This document shows, piece after piece, positions 13,741-27,096 of a stretch of DNA of 64,000 bases. Source of the DNA: the human T2T-CHM13v2.0 reference genome, Homo sapiens; the NCBI RefSeq assembly GCF_009914755.1, contig NC_060929.1, one strand, 5' to 3'. The first letter of the stretch is position 1; every line of letters starts with the position of its first letter. The position numbers and the translations under genes are program-made. The notes under the pieces were generated by a model. The model had not been told where the DNA came from and made no database searches. It saw only the letters and a program-made list of their open reading frames with translations.

Positions 13741-14100
13741 GCATCCATTCCCTCAGCAAATATTTAATGGGCACACTGTTTGATGTTGGGCACAACAGAG
13801 ACACAGTTCCAGCTTTCACTAGGCTTATATTCTAGTAGAAGGATCATATGATGGAAAGATAACGCCTAATAGCACTTGGGACATTACTGTATGCCAGGTA
13901 CAACAATAAAGTAAGCAGGTAAGCTCAATATTTTCCAATTCATAGACTTCTTATGAAAGAAATTTTAAAAGGTGCAGTGTTTAAGACTTAATTGCCTGTT
14001 TGGGGAAGGTGTTATTTGAGCTGAGGTCAGAACAGCCTGAAAAAGCCTGCCATATAAAGATTGAAAAAAAAAAAAGAATATTCCAAGCAGGGTCAAATCA
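13740..14100 (-). mobile_element. L2 fragment
   Basis: CATTCCCTCAGCAAATATTTAATGGGCAC...GCTTATATTCTAGTAG...ATTTGAGCTGAG. Confidence 0.55.
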
Positions 14101-14325
14101 ATAAACCCTGGACATTGCTATTAATATTAAAACCAGGTTCTCAGTTTTATGGAATTGGCTATACATCTGGAGGAGTTCAAGAAAGTGATATGCCAGAGTG
14201 GCTTGGCCTGGACAGGACGTTCTGGGTAGAGGACGGTCTTGAGCTGGATGCTGATGGTGAGTAGCATTTAGCAAAGAAGATCAAACAAAAACACTTGTAC
14301 CACACATTAAAACAGTGCTTTAGAC

Positions 14326-14483
14326 AAGGGATCAGAACTTAAAGTCACCCCCATTCATTGACATGTTTTCTATGTCTGCTTTCACACAATAGTAGCAAAT
14401 TAAATAGTTCAGGTAGAGATCTAGCCCACAACATCTAAAATATGTACTATCTGCTTTTTATAGAAGAAGTCTTCCAAGACCTG
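14326..14483. mobile_element. MER58A (hAT-Charlie), internally deleted
   Basis: GGCCCACA-like and CTAAAATATGTACTATCTG motifs, ending CCTG. 8-bp TSD CTTTAGAC / CTTTAGAG (7/8). Confidence 0.75.
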
Positions 14484-15799
14484 CTTTAGAGTTTACAGAA
14501 CATATCTAAGTAAATGATACTGTTGGGGCACTCAAGCTTGTTTGGGGTAGGCTCTACCAGAAAGTCCACTTTACAGCACAGAAGTGTAGATATCTACATG
14601 GGTCAATTCTACAACCTAAAGTGTAATTCAAGGCACCTGGCTGGTTCTCATTAAACATTGGTTGCATATGAGAATGAATCAAATGTCTCAGATGAATTTT
14701 TCCATAAAATTAAGAAGGTCTTCTTTCCTCCCTTTACTGAAAATTACAGAGAATTAAAGACCTACCGTAGGCAAAGTAAAAGCTAAGACTAGAACCAGGT
14801 TTCTCATGACTCCTAAGTCCTAGTGTGATTTTTTTTTCCACCAAAATGTTCGCGGCATACTCAGATCTGGAGTGCCCACCTGCCAGTCCACACCAAACTG
14901 AAAGTACGAAGAGATGGCTCTCTTTCCTGGCCATCAGCAAATCCTCAGCCAAGCCTCAGGTCTTCAGTCATCGAACCTGATCCTAATTAATCACCATATG
15001 ACATGCCTGCTGGATGCTGGACCTCTCTCTCAATTACCCACAATTCTATTGAGTTCTGGAAGGACACATGAGAAGGTTCATGGGTATTTGTTAATAATCA
15101 GTCCTACCCAGCAATCACTACAAGCTCCATGTCATGCCCTCTAGCAACTTAACTGTATTTCTCTTTCACCCAGTCCATCACATGGGGAACGAAAAAGTCC
15201 CACCATTCAGGGGTTAATTGTTCATGCCTAACAGGGACTTTAGCCAGGGAAAAATATTACCAGTTACTACCCATATTAGAGACAGAATGATGATATGTCA
15301 CCGTGAACAGCAAACTAAGGATCAGAAGTCAGATCATAAATATAAATTAGATTTTGATACACTAAGCTGCTCTGCATATACTGCGTGTTGTCAGGATTAT
15401 ATTACTCAGCTGAGGAAGCCTGTCTAGTGTTTGTTTACTTGGCCTGTGATTTGCAGGTCATTCATAGGAATGGAATGTTTCATGGCCAGGTGCTATGTGA
15501 AGCTAGGGATTAATTAACCTGTGATCTATGAGTTTTAATTATTGTTCTCAAGTTTTACCTAATATTTGCCAGTGACTCTTAAAAAGCCATGTGGCCTAGC
15601 AAAAGCATTTGGGACTGAAAATATATTGGCAGAGACACTCTTCTGTGTTATTCCATTGCCCTGATTAGGTTTGCAGCGAGAAGAAGCTTACTGAGCTGAG
15701 ATTTGCCAAGTTTCCAGACCAAAAATTTAAACTGTGGAGTTTAAATACACATATGCACACACATTTGCATACTACATATGTGTGCATAAGCTCATACCA

Positions 15800-16190
15800 G
15801 GGAAGCATGTTGAGCAGCACCGCACCTGAAAGATAACAGGAGTTCGGAGGTCTAACATATTTCAGGTTCCTTTACTCACTAGTTTTATGAACTTAGGCAA
15901 GTTACTGGGTTCCTGCATGCCTGCGTGCCTACATTTAAATCTTGCTAACAGTAAATTTCAAATGTTAAATATTTGAGGTGATGAATATGTAAATTAGCTT
16001 GATTTCATCATTTCACATTGTATTAAAAATAATTACATCACTTTGTTTGTCATGAATATATACAACTATAATTTGTCAATGAAAAATTAGAAATAGGACT
16101 AGTAAAATCTACCTGGTAAGGTTACAAAAAGACTGAGAGATGAAGATGAAATTTGTAGATACCTAGCCATAATTGACAATCAGTGTAAGG
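15800..16190 (+). mobile_element. MIR interrupted by an L1MA 3' end
   Basis: MIR 5' half (CTTTACTCACTAGTTTTATGAACTTAGGCAAGTTAC) and 3' half (AATAGGACTAGTAAAATCTACC) flank the L1MA piece. Confidence 0.55.
15955..16090 (+). mobile_element. L1MA 3' terminal fragment
   Basis: TTTGAGGTGATGAATATGTAAATTAGCTTGATTTCATCATTTCACATTGTAT...ATATATACAACTATAATTTGTCAAT. Confidence 0.8.
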
Positions 16191-16311
16191 TTATAGCTGG
16201 GTTAGTAATATAATTTTTAAATGAACTCTGTTATTTTTTATGAGACCCTAAGTCATTTAGTTGACTCTCAGATTCATCATTAATACAATGAGACTAATAT
16301 GATCTACTCCA

Positions 16312-16800
16312 TGGATTCATTCCTTCAACAAATATTTATCAAACACCTTCTCTGTTCCAGCACTGGATTAATTACTGAGAGCACAATGATAAACAATAAA
16401 AGGATAACTCTTTTCCTGATGGTGCTTAAGGTCCATAAAAAAGAGAAATATTAAACAATGGTAAATATAAGATGACTGGTTAGAATAAGTTCTAAAGAAA
16501 AAGTCCAGAGGCTATAAAGGGGAAACCTACTTTAGAAGGGGAAATCATAGAATGATTCAAAAGAAGAGACATTTAACCTTAGATTTTAAGAATGAATAGG
16601 AGTAGCAAACCACAGAATGGCATGACGAATGTCAAACAAGAGAATGACATATATAAAGGCCCTGTTGGGGATTATTCATTTGTTAAATAAATGGTTAATG
16701 GGGACCAACTGTTCTGTAGGTCCTGGGGATTAGAGGGTAACAAAACAGATGATTTCCACCTGTGTTGTTTATATTGGTGAAAGAGTATGGCAGATAATGC
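16312..16800 (-). mobile_element. L2 fragments
   Basis: ATTCATTCCTTCAACAAATATTTATCAAACACCTTCTCTGTTCCAGCAC, with a second L2-like end near 16670. Confidence 0.6.
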
Positions 16801-18598
16801 ATTTAAATCACTAGCACAGGGCATGCCACAAAGGCAACACTCTCTAGGTTGTTAATTATTAAGATCACTGTAGCAATAATAATTATTATAAAAGTAACAA
16901 TACATGCTCTTCAAAGAGGCTTTTAAGAAGACACTGAGCCAGCTACTATTTTGTGTGTATATAATGCTAGCTACTACCTTGTACCCAATTACCTAAGAAC
17001 CAGCAGATTTCTTTCTAAATGATCCTATCTGAGACCTAAATACCTCTGAATCTTTCTGTTAGGGAACTGGAAAGAATGGAACATATAATGTGTCTTTCCT
17101 GAGAGTCAATAGTAAACTTCGGGACCCAACATTCTAATCCTAGATCTGCCAACTTTGGCTGACCTAATCACCTTAAACAACCCCGTCTGTTTGCTGAGAC
17201 TAAGGATTAGTATCTATAAAAACAACATTTTATTTGACCTACAGAGTTCTTTTGCTTTTAACTGTACCCAAATTTTAAAATAATTTTTATATTAATATAT
17301 TGACCTTTCTAAAAAATAAGAAGACCTGGTCAACAGGATTAATAACCTTAAATAATGACCTGTGGAGCTCTGGAGTGGCTGCCAAGTGTTCCCGTCCATA
17401 CTGAGTCTATATCTTTCAGTTATGCCACCTGTGTGGACCCAATATGTCTTTGAGTCTGTGAGCCTGGACTCAGTAGTAAATAGCTGCATCAGGCAAAACA
17501 TTCCCTATTCCAACAGAGCTCACATATTCATAAAATATTATTTTATATATTTGATGTGTGTAACTCCCTAACATTTCAAATAACAACATACCTATGGTAA
17601 CTCACATTTCCTAAACTACATTTTTACATTTTGATCAAGGCTGCTTGATTATTTGTACTTAGTATTTCTATAGGGTGGGTTCTTTTTTGCCTCATTTCTA
17701 ATTATTATTCTCATTCCTCAAAGCCCTCCATCCATATTCATAAAAGTGATGCTCCATTTTGATCTCAATTTATGTGATTTTTATCTAAAGTTTCCTTAGC
17801 ATTTTTCCTAGCCTTGTCAGGGATTCTTATACATGTTAACTCAAGTTCATATTCCTTAAAACTTTTAGGTTTTCAAGAAAATAAGTATTCAAAATGCATC
17901 CAAGTGCTCAATTTATTTAAAATCCTGTAGAAATGCATTTGATAATCTTATTAATCATTTTTCTTTCAGTCACTTGGTGTACAGACAAAACAAATAACAG
18001 GCAAGTTTAATGTCTAATCAGTAGAAGCTGGCCCATTGGTTTCACCATAAAAATGGCCACAAGCAAACTTCAGAAGTACCTGCAGAAGCATGTGAACAAC
18101 CAGGGCAGATCTTGCTAGCTCTGCTTCCATGGTAGAAGGAAAGACACATAGCCTGTCTTATTGAGATTTCCCTGCTAAAAAGCCACTTTGCCACCAAGAC
18201 AGTCAGAGACAGATTTGTTATGAGCAAGTTTATGTTAATACCAATAACATTTCTGAAGAAGATTCCCAGAAGTCTCTTCTCTTAACATTCTGATCTTTAG
18301 ATAACAAAGTCACTGGTTGAAGCATTTGGTTTTGACCACGTCAAGGATCTTCTTAACAATTCTATCACATTGCGAAAAATAAATAAATTTTGACTGAGTT
18401 ACCTGCTTGCCTAAGCAGACCAGACACATTAGTTCATTTGATAGATCTTTGAAGATCCATGATTTGAGGGAACACAGCCACTCCAACCTGTAATTCACTC
18501 TGCTATTGATAGAGACTTCTCAATTGTTTGAAAGCATTCTTACTAGAGCCAATGATCTCAGCCTTGTGTCTAGGACACTTCCTAAGGTCACCATTTTT

Positions 18599-18889
18599 AA
18601 AATTTTTTTTAGGTGGAGTCTTGCTCTGTCACCCAGGCGGGGGTGCAGTGGCGCCATCTCAGCTCACTGCAACCTTCACCTTCCGGCTCAAGCGATTCTC
18701 CTGCCTTAGTCTCCCAGGTGGCTGGGACTAAAGGCGTGTACCACCACACCTGGCTAATTTTTTGTATTTTTAGTAGAGACAGGGCTTCACCGTATTAGCC
18801 AGGATGGCCTCGATCTCCTGACCTTGTGATCCACCCGCTTAAGCCTCCCAAAGTGCTGGGATTACAGCTATGAGCCACTACACCCGGCC
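18599..18889 (-). mobile_element. Alu, AluSc8-like
   Basis: Antisense full Alu. TSD core AGGTCACCATTT at 18585-18596 and 18891-18902. Confidence 0.92.
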
Positions 18890-19047
18890 CAGGTCACCAT
18901 TTCTTATAAAGCACCCAATCACATGCCTTAGTCTCACTCTTAAAACTCATCCTCTAAGCATTACACACTAATGCTTAGAAAAACCAAGACATAAAGATTG
19001 AAGGTGAGAGTGGTATAATTTTTCTGAATGAAGAATATGATAGCATA

Positions 19048-19526
19048 TGTGAAAGGAAAATGAAACCTCAGGACCCCAAACTCAGCATGCTAAAGGGAAA
19101 AGTTAAACTCGGGAAATGAGTCGTGTAAGATCTGTTCTCCCCTTTTTCCTAAACAGATCGCTATAATTTCACATTCTTACTTTATCTTATGTGAAATGTA
19201 GATCTACTAAGTGTGAGACAAATGCCTAACTGGCTTTTTCACCCACTCCCCTCTTTTCACATGTAAAATGTGGATTCAATGAGTGCTAATAAAAGCCTCA
19301 CAAGCGTGTGACCACCTACCTCACTACCTCCCCTCCTCTCTTTTTTTTTTCTTCTGCCATTCTTTCCACATTAAATATTAAAGTCCTCAAAACCCTCTTA
19401 GAAAAAGCTCAGGCCACAGACCCTACTGTAACTTGTGTCTCTTTTTTCCTGGGGACATCCTCGACCTTGGCAAAATAAACCTCTCAAGTGATTGAGACCT
19501 GTCTCAAACACTCTTTGGTTTAAACA
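19048..19526 (+). mobile_element. ERV1 MER4-group solo LTR (MER83/84/87-like)
   Basis: Starts TGTGAAAGGAAAATGAAACCTCAGGACCCCAAACTC and ends CCTTGGCAAAATAAACCTC...GATTGAGACCTGTCTCA...TTTGGTTTAAACA. Confidence 0.8.
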
Positions 19527-19529
19527 TGA

Positions 19530-19919
<390 letters not shown>

Positions 19920-20449
19920 TTGTGAGCCTTATTAATTCATCCAAGGGTCTCCGTTTTACCTTCAATGTTCAAACCATCCTTTTTTGAAGGCTCTATTTTT
20001 TCCTTATACTTGCTGACTTAATCTTCCTCAGTAGACCAGTCACACTCTCTCAGAGCCTTACTTGTCAATGCATTTGCAAGATGTTCCAGCATCACTTTCA
20101 TAGACTTTACAGAAGTCTTGCATACTGCAAGATTTGCAATTTTGCCTGGCAATTAATTGTTAATGAAATTCCACTGTATTGTCTGACATTCAAAACATGC
20201 AATAATCAGCAAGAGACTGACCTATACAAATGCAAAGACAACTCTTTAACATGAATGTAGATTGTGTTGAAATTAATAAAATAGAAATTCATTTGAATTC
20301 ATAGTGACTTTTAAATTATAGGTTTATTCACTCAAAAATATTAAATGTACAATTATTATAACAAGAACAAAATTTGGGCCTTGGATTTTTGAATGTGAAA
20401 GACAGAAATCCTTTCTTACTTGAGAAAGTGGGCAATGAGTGACCTAGTC

Positions 20450-20633
20450 CTATGGTTCTCAAAGAGATGTTCCTGAAAGAATAGCATCAGCATCACCTGA
20501 GAACATGCTAGATGCTTTCAAAATGAAAATTCTCAAGTTACTGAATCAGAACCTCTATAGGCAGAGCTCAGAAATCTGTGTTTTACCTAACTTTCCAGGT
20601 GAGTCTGATGCATGACAAAGTGTGATAACCACT
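20450..20633. mobile_element. MER5A
   Basis: TGGTTCTCAAAG...AGCATCAGCATCACCTGAGAAC...TACTGAATCAGAACCTCT...CCAGGTGAGTCTGATGCA...AACCACTG. Confidence 0.8.
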
Positions 20634-21489
20634 GATTCAGTTAAATCTTGTTTTACTGAAGGAAGTAAAACCTAGAGAATAAAATGTAATATTGCTGAGG
20701 TACAAGAACAGGCAAGAACAAAGTTCTGACTTCATGCAGTGTACTTTCCTCCTTTTTAATAATACTCAGAAATTCTATATTAACATGGGAACTACAAAGT
20801 TTGCTGTGTGCCTGCTTAATTATCACTTCTATTTTATGAATAGCTTTTATCTCCATTTTATAGATGAGAAATGCTCAGAGGAAGTCAGGTACAAAGTCTC
20901 ATTTAGTAGGGGGTTGAGCCTGGATTCAACTTTATTTTTTCAAACTCAGGGCTGCATTCATTTAACTAAAGCATCTGATCCACCCAACCCATCTATACAT
21001 TTTCAGAAGGCAGAGCTATACTTTCTTTATATATTTTTTCATTGTCACAACATTTGAATTATGACTATAGACTCACCCCCTAGTAAAGGAAACAGCACAG
21101 TATTTCACAGAAATCCTATTTCTGTCTCTATACTTCTATATCCACAGTTAATTAAATTCACTACTTTCTAAACTTCAGAAACAAATGCAAAAACCAAGCT
21201 ATCTACATCAGATTGGCCAGAAAAGTTATTTTTAATCCTCATTGTTATGTATAAGATGATTCTTGTTATACATTTTGGGGCTGTTGTTTCAAATTCTTAA
21301 TATTTTAAGTAGTGTTCATTTATTATATTTGAGGCTTCAGGCTATGTTAGCAAGTGGCACAATTTTAGAAATCTGAAAAAAAAATTAAAATGCCATGTGG
21401 TAAGATAATAATATGATAACGTATAGATTCTCAATATAGAAGTAAATTTTCTTCTTCACAAAAAGGCTACTGATAACAATTATCATCAT

Positions 21490-21748
21490 CAATAATCACT
21501 AATACTTATTGAGGTCTTACTAAGAACTAGAGAAGCATTTTATATATAATATTTCTCATAATTCTCACAATAATCTTATGATGATAGTACCATTACTGTA
21601 ACCATTTCATGGATGCAGAAACCAACTTTCATAGATTAAATAAATTGCCCAAAGCAACAGAGTCTGTAAACCCAACCCCAGAGTCCACAACCCAATCCCA
21701 GACTACTAGTCCAGTGCCCAGATGTTCACCACCACACTATACTGCCTC
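21490..21748 (-). mobile_element. MIR
   Basis: ACTTATTGAGG...TAATTCTCACAATAATCTTATG...TTAAATAAATTGCCCAAAG...CACTATACTGCCTC. Confidence 0.75.
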
Positions 21749-22072
21749 CTAAAGCAGTGACCTCCACTGCCCTGCCCAAGTCCCAAGAGCTTTTACATGG
21801 AGTCTCAAATGAGTAGACTGATAAGCAAAGGCCCCACAATCTGACCATAACCTACCACAGTCCAGATTTATTTTATGCTTCTTCCTTTCATGCTGCTTCT
21901 ATTCAAGTCTGCTTTTATTTTCATATCAGCTAGCTGTTTCCTAACTCCAAGCAGTCCTGCTCCTCTATTGTTAATATAACCTTCTCCATTCTACATTTCA
22001 GCCTATTCAAAATTAACACTTCCATCTCAATTCTATCCAGTTCATTTTGAGTTTCCAGTCATGGTAACAATA

Positions 22073-23291
22073 TATTAGTTTTGCCTTATCTACACAGTAT
22101 ATGTTCCAAGACCCCCGGTGAATGCCTGAAACTACAGACACTACCAAACCCCATATTTACTATGTTTTTTCCTATGCATACATAGTTATGATGCAGTTTA
22201 ATGTATAAATTAGGAATAGTAAGAGGTTAACAGTAGCAAAATCAATCAATATACTGTAATAAAAGTTATGCGAATGTGGTCTGTTAGTATGCTTCTCTCT
22301 CTCTCTCCTTCTCTCTCAAAGTATTAGGTTGATGAAAAAGTAATTGCAATTTTTGCCATGCTTTTAATATCTTAGTGTACTGTACTCTCCCTTCTTCTTG
22401 TGATGTGAGATGACAAAATGCCCACATGATGAGATGAAGAGGCAGATGCAGTCTCTCCAGAGAAATATAAACTTTTACAGTTTTATTTTATCCATATAAA
22501 ATTCTTTTATTTCTCAGTCCAAACCTAGTCAGTCCTGAATCTGTATAAGCATCCCTTACTTACAGTAAATAGCTTGGTGCCAGCTGTTTCATAGGATCCC
22601 TTGCTGAAGTCTTTGTATAAACTCAATGCTTTCTTTGGTAACATGTTGCCATGGATTGGAACACATTTTCTGGTTAGGTCTTCCATTCAAAAATGTAATG
22701 CCTTTCCATCTTACTTAAGCACATATCATTCACTGTGGTCATACTTTTACAGTCTGAAATGCAACAGCAAAACTACCACAAGTTTCTTTTTCCTTCTACA
22801 CAATTTCATGGATAGAAGATGCATTATTACTGTAGGTCTTACCAACCTTAGCATACATATTTTTTCTTCTTCTTATCTCCTTATTAAGCCAATAACTTTC
22901 ACCTTTTCACTTAAATATAGCACATTATGGCTTCTCTTTGCCATATCTGAATTGCCAGCATTACTACTCTTGTGCTTTGGAGCCAGTATAAAGTAAAACA
23001 AAAATTACTTGAATACAAACAGTGCAATACTGAGACAGTTGCCATGATGACTAAGATAGCTACTAAGTGACCAACAGGCAGGGAGCATCTACATTGTGGG
23101 TATGCTGGACAAGGAATGATTCACATTCTGGATGAAATGGATATTTCTTCAAAATATTCAGAATGATGCACTATTTAAAACTCATGAATTGCTTATTTCT
23201 AGAATTTTCTGTTTATTATTTTCAGGCTGTGTTTGACCAATGGGTAACTAAAACTGCAGAGAGTGAAACTGTGGGTAAGGGAGGACTACTG
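22073..23291 (-). mobile_element. Tigger7/MER44-type DNA transposon, internally deleted, with a dead N-terminal transposase remnant
   Basis: Right TIR ...GGGTAAGGGAGGACTACTG followed by TA, and left end TGTTCCAAGACCCCCGGTGAATGCCTGAAAC. The minus strand from ~22987 reads APKHKSSNAGNSDMAKRSHNVLYLSEKVKVIGLIRR then a stop, matching a Tigger/CENP-B-like N-terminus. Confidence 0.85.
22324..22368 (+). mobile_element. Half MADE1 / solo Hsmar1 TIR inside Tigger7
   Basis: TA|TTAGGTTGATGAAAAAGTAATTGCAATTTTTGCCATGCTTTTAAT compared with MADE1 TTAGGTTGGTGCAAAAGTAATTGCGGTTTTTGCCATTACTTTTAAT. Confidence 0.75.
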
Positions 23292-23879
23292 TAATAAAAA
23301 CAATCCCCCTGATCTCTGGCACCATAATGAGGATGTAAATATACTCCTAATGGTATGAACTGTCTTCATACCACCATACCAGTGGTAGTATGGAATTCTA
23401 TCTGGCTATAATCTGGTTCCTGACCTTTGTACTGTTTCTATGTTTACCAAATGGCAAAAGTTTCTTGGGATGCACATAAATAAGACAGTCATTCAGTGTT
23501 AATATAGTAATAAGCTGTCAGTCTAAGGAGAGAATGGTACACACAAATTTAGGCTATGAGGAGTGGCATGAATTATGATTTCAGGTTCTGCTCCAGTGCT
23601 GAAGCTTCCCTAGAATTTTCGTGGTTCTTCTTGTCTGTACCACTTGATTGGCATCTGTATTCATTATCTTGTGTTGTAAGCATTTTGGCCACGTGTTCAT
23701 ATTACAAGCTCATTTTTTAAATTGGAAATCCCCTGAGAGAAGGAATTAAGGTTCCCATTTTTGACATATATAAATGCAACAGCTTCTTAACTCCCTGCAT
23801 TCATTATACCATCATTTTTCCATCCATTCTCCACACACCATTATAGCAAACTAAAATACGAATAAATTGTCCAGAAACC

Positions 23880-24560
23880 ATAGAAGAAAATATTGATAAA
23901 CTTGACTACATATTTAAAATTTCTTATGGAAAAAATTCTTAAAGGGGTATGCTAATCAAAAACAGTGAAAATAGGAAATAAAATGGGGGTAATTTATTTA
24001 TTTTTTTATTTATTATTTTTTTAAGTCCCTCAGAAATTAAAGAGACAATTGAGAAAATAGGGAAATGGGAAAAGGCAAATATAAATATGCCAAATAACAT
24101 GAAAAGATGTTCAACCTCAATTTTATTTGAAGAAAAGCAGATTTCAAAACTGGCTTGCCATTTTTCCACCCATTTAATTGGTAAAATATTTTAAAATTTC
24201 CTGATACCTACTATTGGCAAAATTGTGTGGTAATCAGTGCATTCCACGCCTGAGTGTATATATTATTAGCAGTATGACTGATAGGTAACATTATTACATT
24301 TAAAAAATTTTATGTCAACATGAAATGAATACATTGATACAATACTTTGGGAGATGTCAGAATATTCCTCAAAAATTTAAATACACACTTTCTTTAATCC
24401 AGTGGTTACAATGCAAGCAAGTTTCCTATGGATCTCCTCTCACATAGATGCCAAATATAAAAAGAAATACCCACTGAAAAATTGTTTCAGTAGCTTAAAA
24501 TTGGAAATAAACCTAAATATAAATCTACCCATACACAACTAACTAAAAAAAAATTTAGTA
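23880..24560 (+). mobile_element. L1ME-type ORF2 3' fragments
   Basis: ATTGATAAACTTGACTACAT, ACATGAAAAGATGTTCAACCTCA and AAAATTGGAAATAAACCTAAAT. Confidence 0.6.
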
Positions 24561-24569
24561 CATCTAAAT

Positions 24570-24774
24570 CAGGGGTCAGCAAGTATTTTCTGCAAAGGAC
24601 CAAATAGTATTTTTAGCTTTGAAGCCTACACAACTACTCTGTTCTTCGTAAAAGCAGGCACAGACAATATATAAATAAATGGATGTGGCTGAGTTACAAT
24701 TAAACTTTATTTACAAAATCAGTGTAAGGTTCATAATTTGCCAATTGGCTGAAGGTTCAGTTTGCCAATTCCCG
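24570..24774. mobile_element. MER58A
   Basis: CAGGGGTCAGCAAGTATTTTCTGCAAAGGACCA...AAACTTTATTTACAAAA...AGTTTGCCAATTCCCG. 8-bp TSD ATCTAAAT / ACCTAAAT. Confidence 0.85.
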
Positions 24775-25280
24775 ACCTAAATGAAAGGATCTTTAAATGA
24801 CAAAATATGTGGAAATATTGAGTCAATGTCTCCCCTCTCTTTCAAATTATGTTTTCCCACGATTCTGTTTCTGTGTTTATTCTTAAGAAGATGGAGGAGA
24901 AAGTGTAAGCCAGAAGGGAAAGGAAAAGACAGAGTAGAAAGCCATGACAAAAGGGAGGGGGATAAGACAATCCCATGTGCAAGGGTTAAAAAGTTAAGGA
25001 GAATTGGAGTTGGGAGAGCAAGCAGTCAAACAAGTGGACTCTTTATCTTCCCTGGGCAGAAATACTGAAGAAAAAGGTATTAGAAATGTGGAAAAACCTG
25101 AAAGCAGAGGTAGTTTGTGTTCACCTCCCGTTCTGAAATTGTAGAAGACTTCCATGTTGGCTGGAGCTAAAGAAATAGGAGTGGCCACAGAAAAATAAAA
25201 AGGATGGTGCGGGAAGGATAGAACAAAAGAGCTGTTCAGCACTCCTGGTTTCATTCAAGTACTACCTCAGCTCCCAAATG

Positions 25281-25913
25281 CAGTCAATCCTTATATTCAT
25301 GGATTCCGTATTTGTAAGTTTACCTATATGCTAAAAGGTATTTGTAGCCCCCAAATCAATACTTGCCATGTGTTTGCAATGATTTAAAGACATACACAGA
25401 ATGGTAAAATATTTGGGCCACCCAACACTCATGTTCTCATCTGAGGTTGAACAAGGTGCTACTCAGCCTTATTTCAGCTCTTTCACTGTAAAGAAGTGTC
25501 GTTTTAAAGTCTATTTAGTGCCACATTTTTATGCTTTTTGCTGGTGATTTCACTGTTTAAGTAGACCCTAAACATGATGCTGCAGTGTTGTCCAGCGTTC
25601 TGAAACACAGAAGAATGTAATGTGCCTTAAGGAGAAAAAACATGCGTTAAATAAGCTTCATTCAGGCATGAGTTATAGTGCTGCTGGCTGTGAGTTCAAT
25701 GTTAATAAATCAACAGTGTATATTAAATAAGTTGCCTTTGAATAGAAATACTCATTAAACGAGGTTATGTATTGTTCAGTTGACAAAAATGTGACCAGAG
25801 TCTTGCATAAACCTAACCCTGTATCTCCCTAGAGACAATGGTTCCATTTTCTCTAAATGAGTGTTCATAGTGATTTTGGAAACATAACTACAGGAAATAA
25901 CAAGAATCAACTG
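25281..25913 (+). mobile_element. MER82 (TcMar-Tigger non-autonomous element), near full length
   Basis: TIRs CAGTCAATCC and GAATCAACTG followed by TA. Internal CTGAGGTTGAACAAGG and AAGCTTCATTCAGGCATGAGTTATAGTGCT. Confidence 0.85.
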
Positions 25914-26751
25914 TAGAATAACAAAAAGAGCAACAAGTTATTATATAATTCATAGGGATATAGAACATTTCTTAGCTGAGAGTCAGTCAGTTCCTTCTAG
26001 TGGGTAGAAGTGAGTAGACATCCACCACAGGGCTTGGTAGGTAGTGGGTAAAGGAAGCCTAATTCAGGCCTAGATATAGAATGTTGCCAGGTTTAAAATC
26101 TATTGTACCAGCTTGAGTGGAGATGGTCCAAGAAAGCAAAATGTCTGCTTAGGGCCTGGCCAAGCCAGATGCATCCCTCCTTGAATATCAGCATGTTATT
26201 CCCAGGAATCAGTCCACACTAACCTAGTCTCCTCACAACAGAGGCCTGTGAAAACTCAGATGATGCAAAAAGATGCATCCCCTATCACCTTGAAGTTCTG
26301 ATTTTTATTTTTTATTTTATTTTTTACATCAAGAGATTTCCTAGGGACACCAAGGAAAAACTCCAAAAGACCAAGCATCCGCCGAAATGAGATAAAGTTC
26401 ATCAAAGGAAAACTTTGTAAAACCAAAAGAACCTGTCTTAAATCAGAAGGGACCGTGATTCAGACTTGGCAAATATTTAAGTTTTATTTGCTTTCTCTCA
26501 TCGCTACCAGCTGCCATCAACAAACACAGTGGGGGTAGGGCTTATTGAAAAATTTAATTCAGTTATGAAAACTAAAATAAAGCTACAGTTCCCTATACAT
26601 TTGTATATAGTAGAGAAAAATCTATAATTCTGCTGTAATCCTACAAAGTATTTAAAGGAGGGAAGGAGCTCTATATATGCTAATGTAAAAATATGTCTAA
26701 AATATATTTTTAAATGTAAAAAAGCCAGTTACAGAATATTATATATGTATT

Positions 26752-27096
26752 TACTATGGTTTGAATGTTTGCCCCCTCCACAACTCATGTTGAAATTTAA
26801 TTGCCAATGTAATAGTATTAAAAAGTAGGACCTAATGAGAGGTGCTTAGGTCAGGAGGACACCACCATCATAAGTAGATGAATGCCATTATGTAAAGGGC
26901 TTTTGGGAGTCAGCACTCTCTCCTTATGCTTCCAACTTTCTCCAGGAGATGGCACAGCAATAAGGCCTTTACAAGATGCTGGTACCTTGATCTTGGACTT
27001 CACAGGCTCCAAGATGGAAAGAAAGTGAGCATCTGCTTTTTAGGGATTATCCAGTCTATACTACTCTGTTCTAGCCACACAAAACAGGTTAAGACA
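26752..27096 (+). mobile_element. MST (MSTC/MSTD-like) 5' LTR
   Basis: TACTATGGTTTGAATGTTTGCCCCCTCCACAACTCATGTTGAAATTTAATTGCC...AAAACAGGTTAAGACA. Confidence 0.85.

Noticed and set aside
22601-22996. 131-aa + strand ORF
   Set aside because: Antisense to the Tigger7 transposase remnant, whose real frame is on the minus strand and is interrupted by stops.
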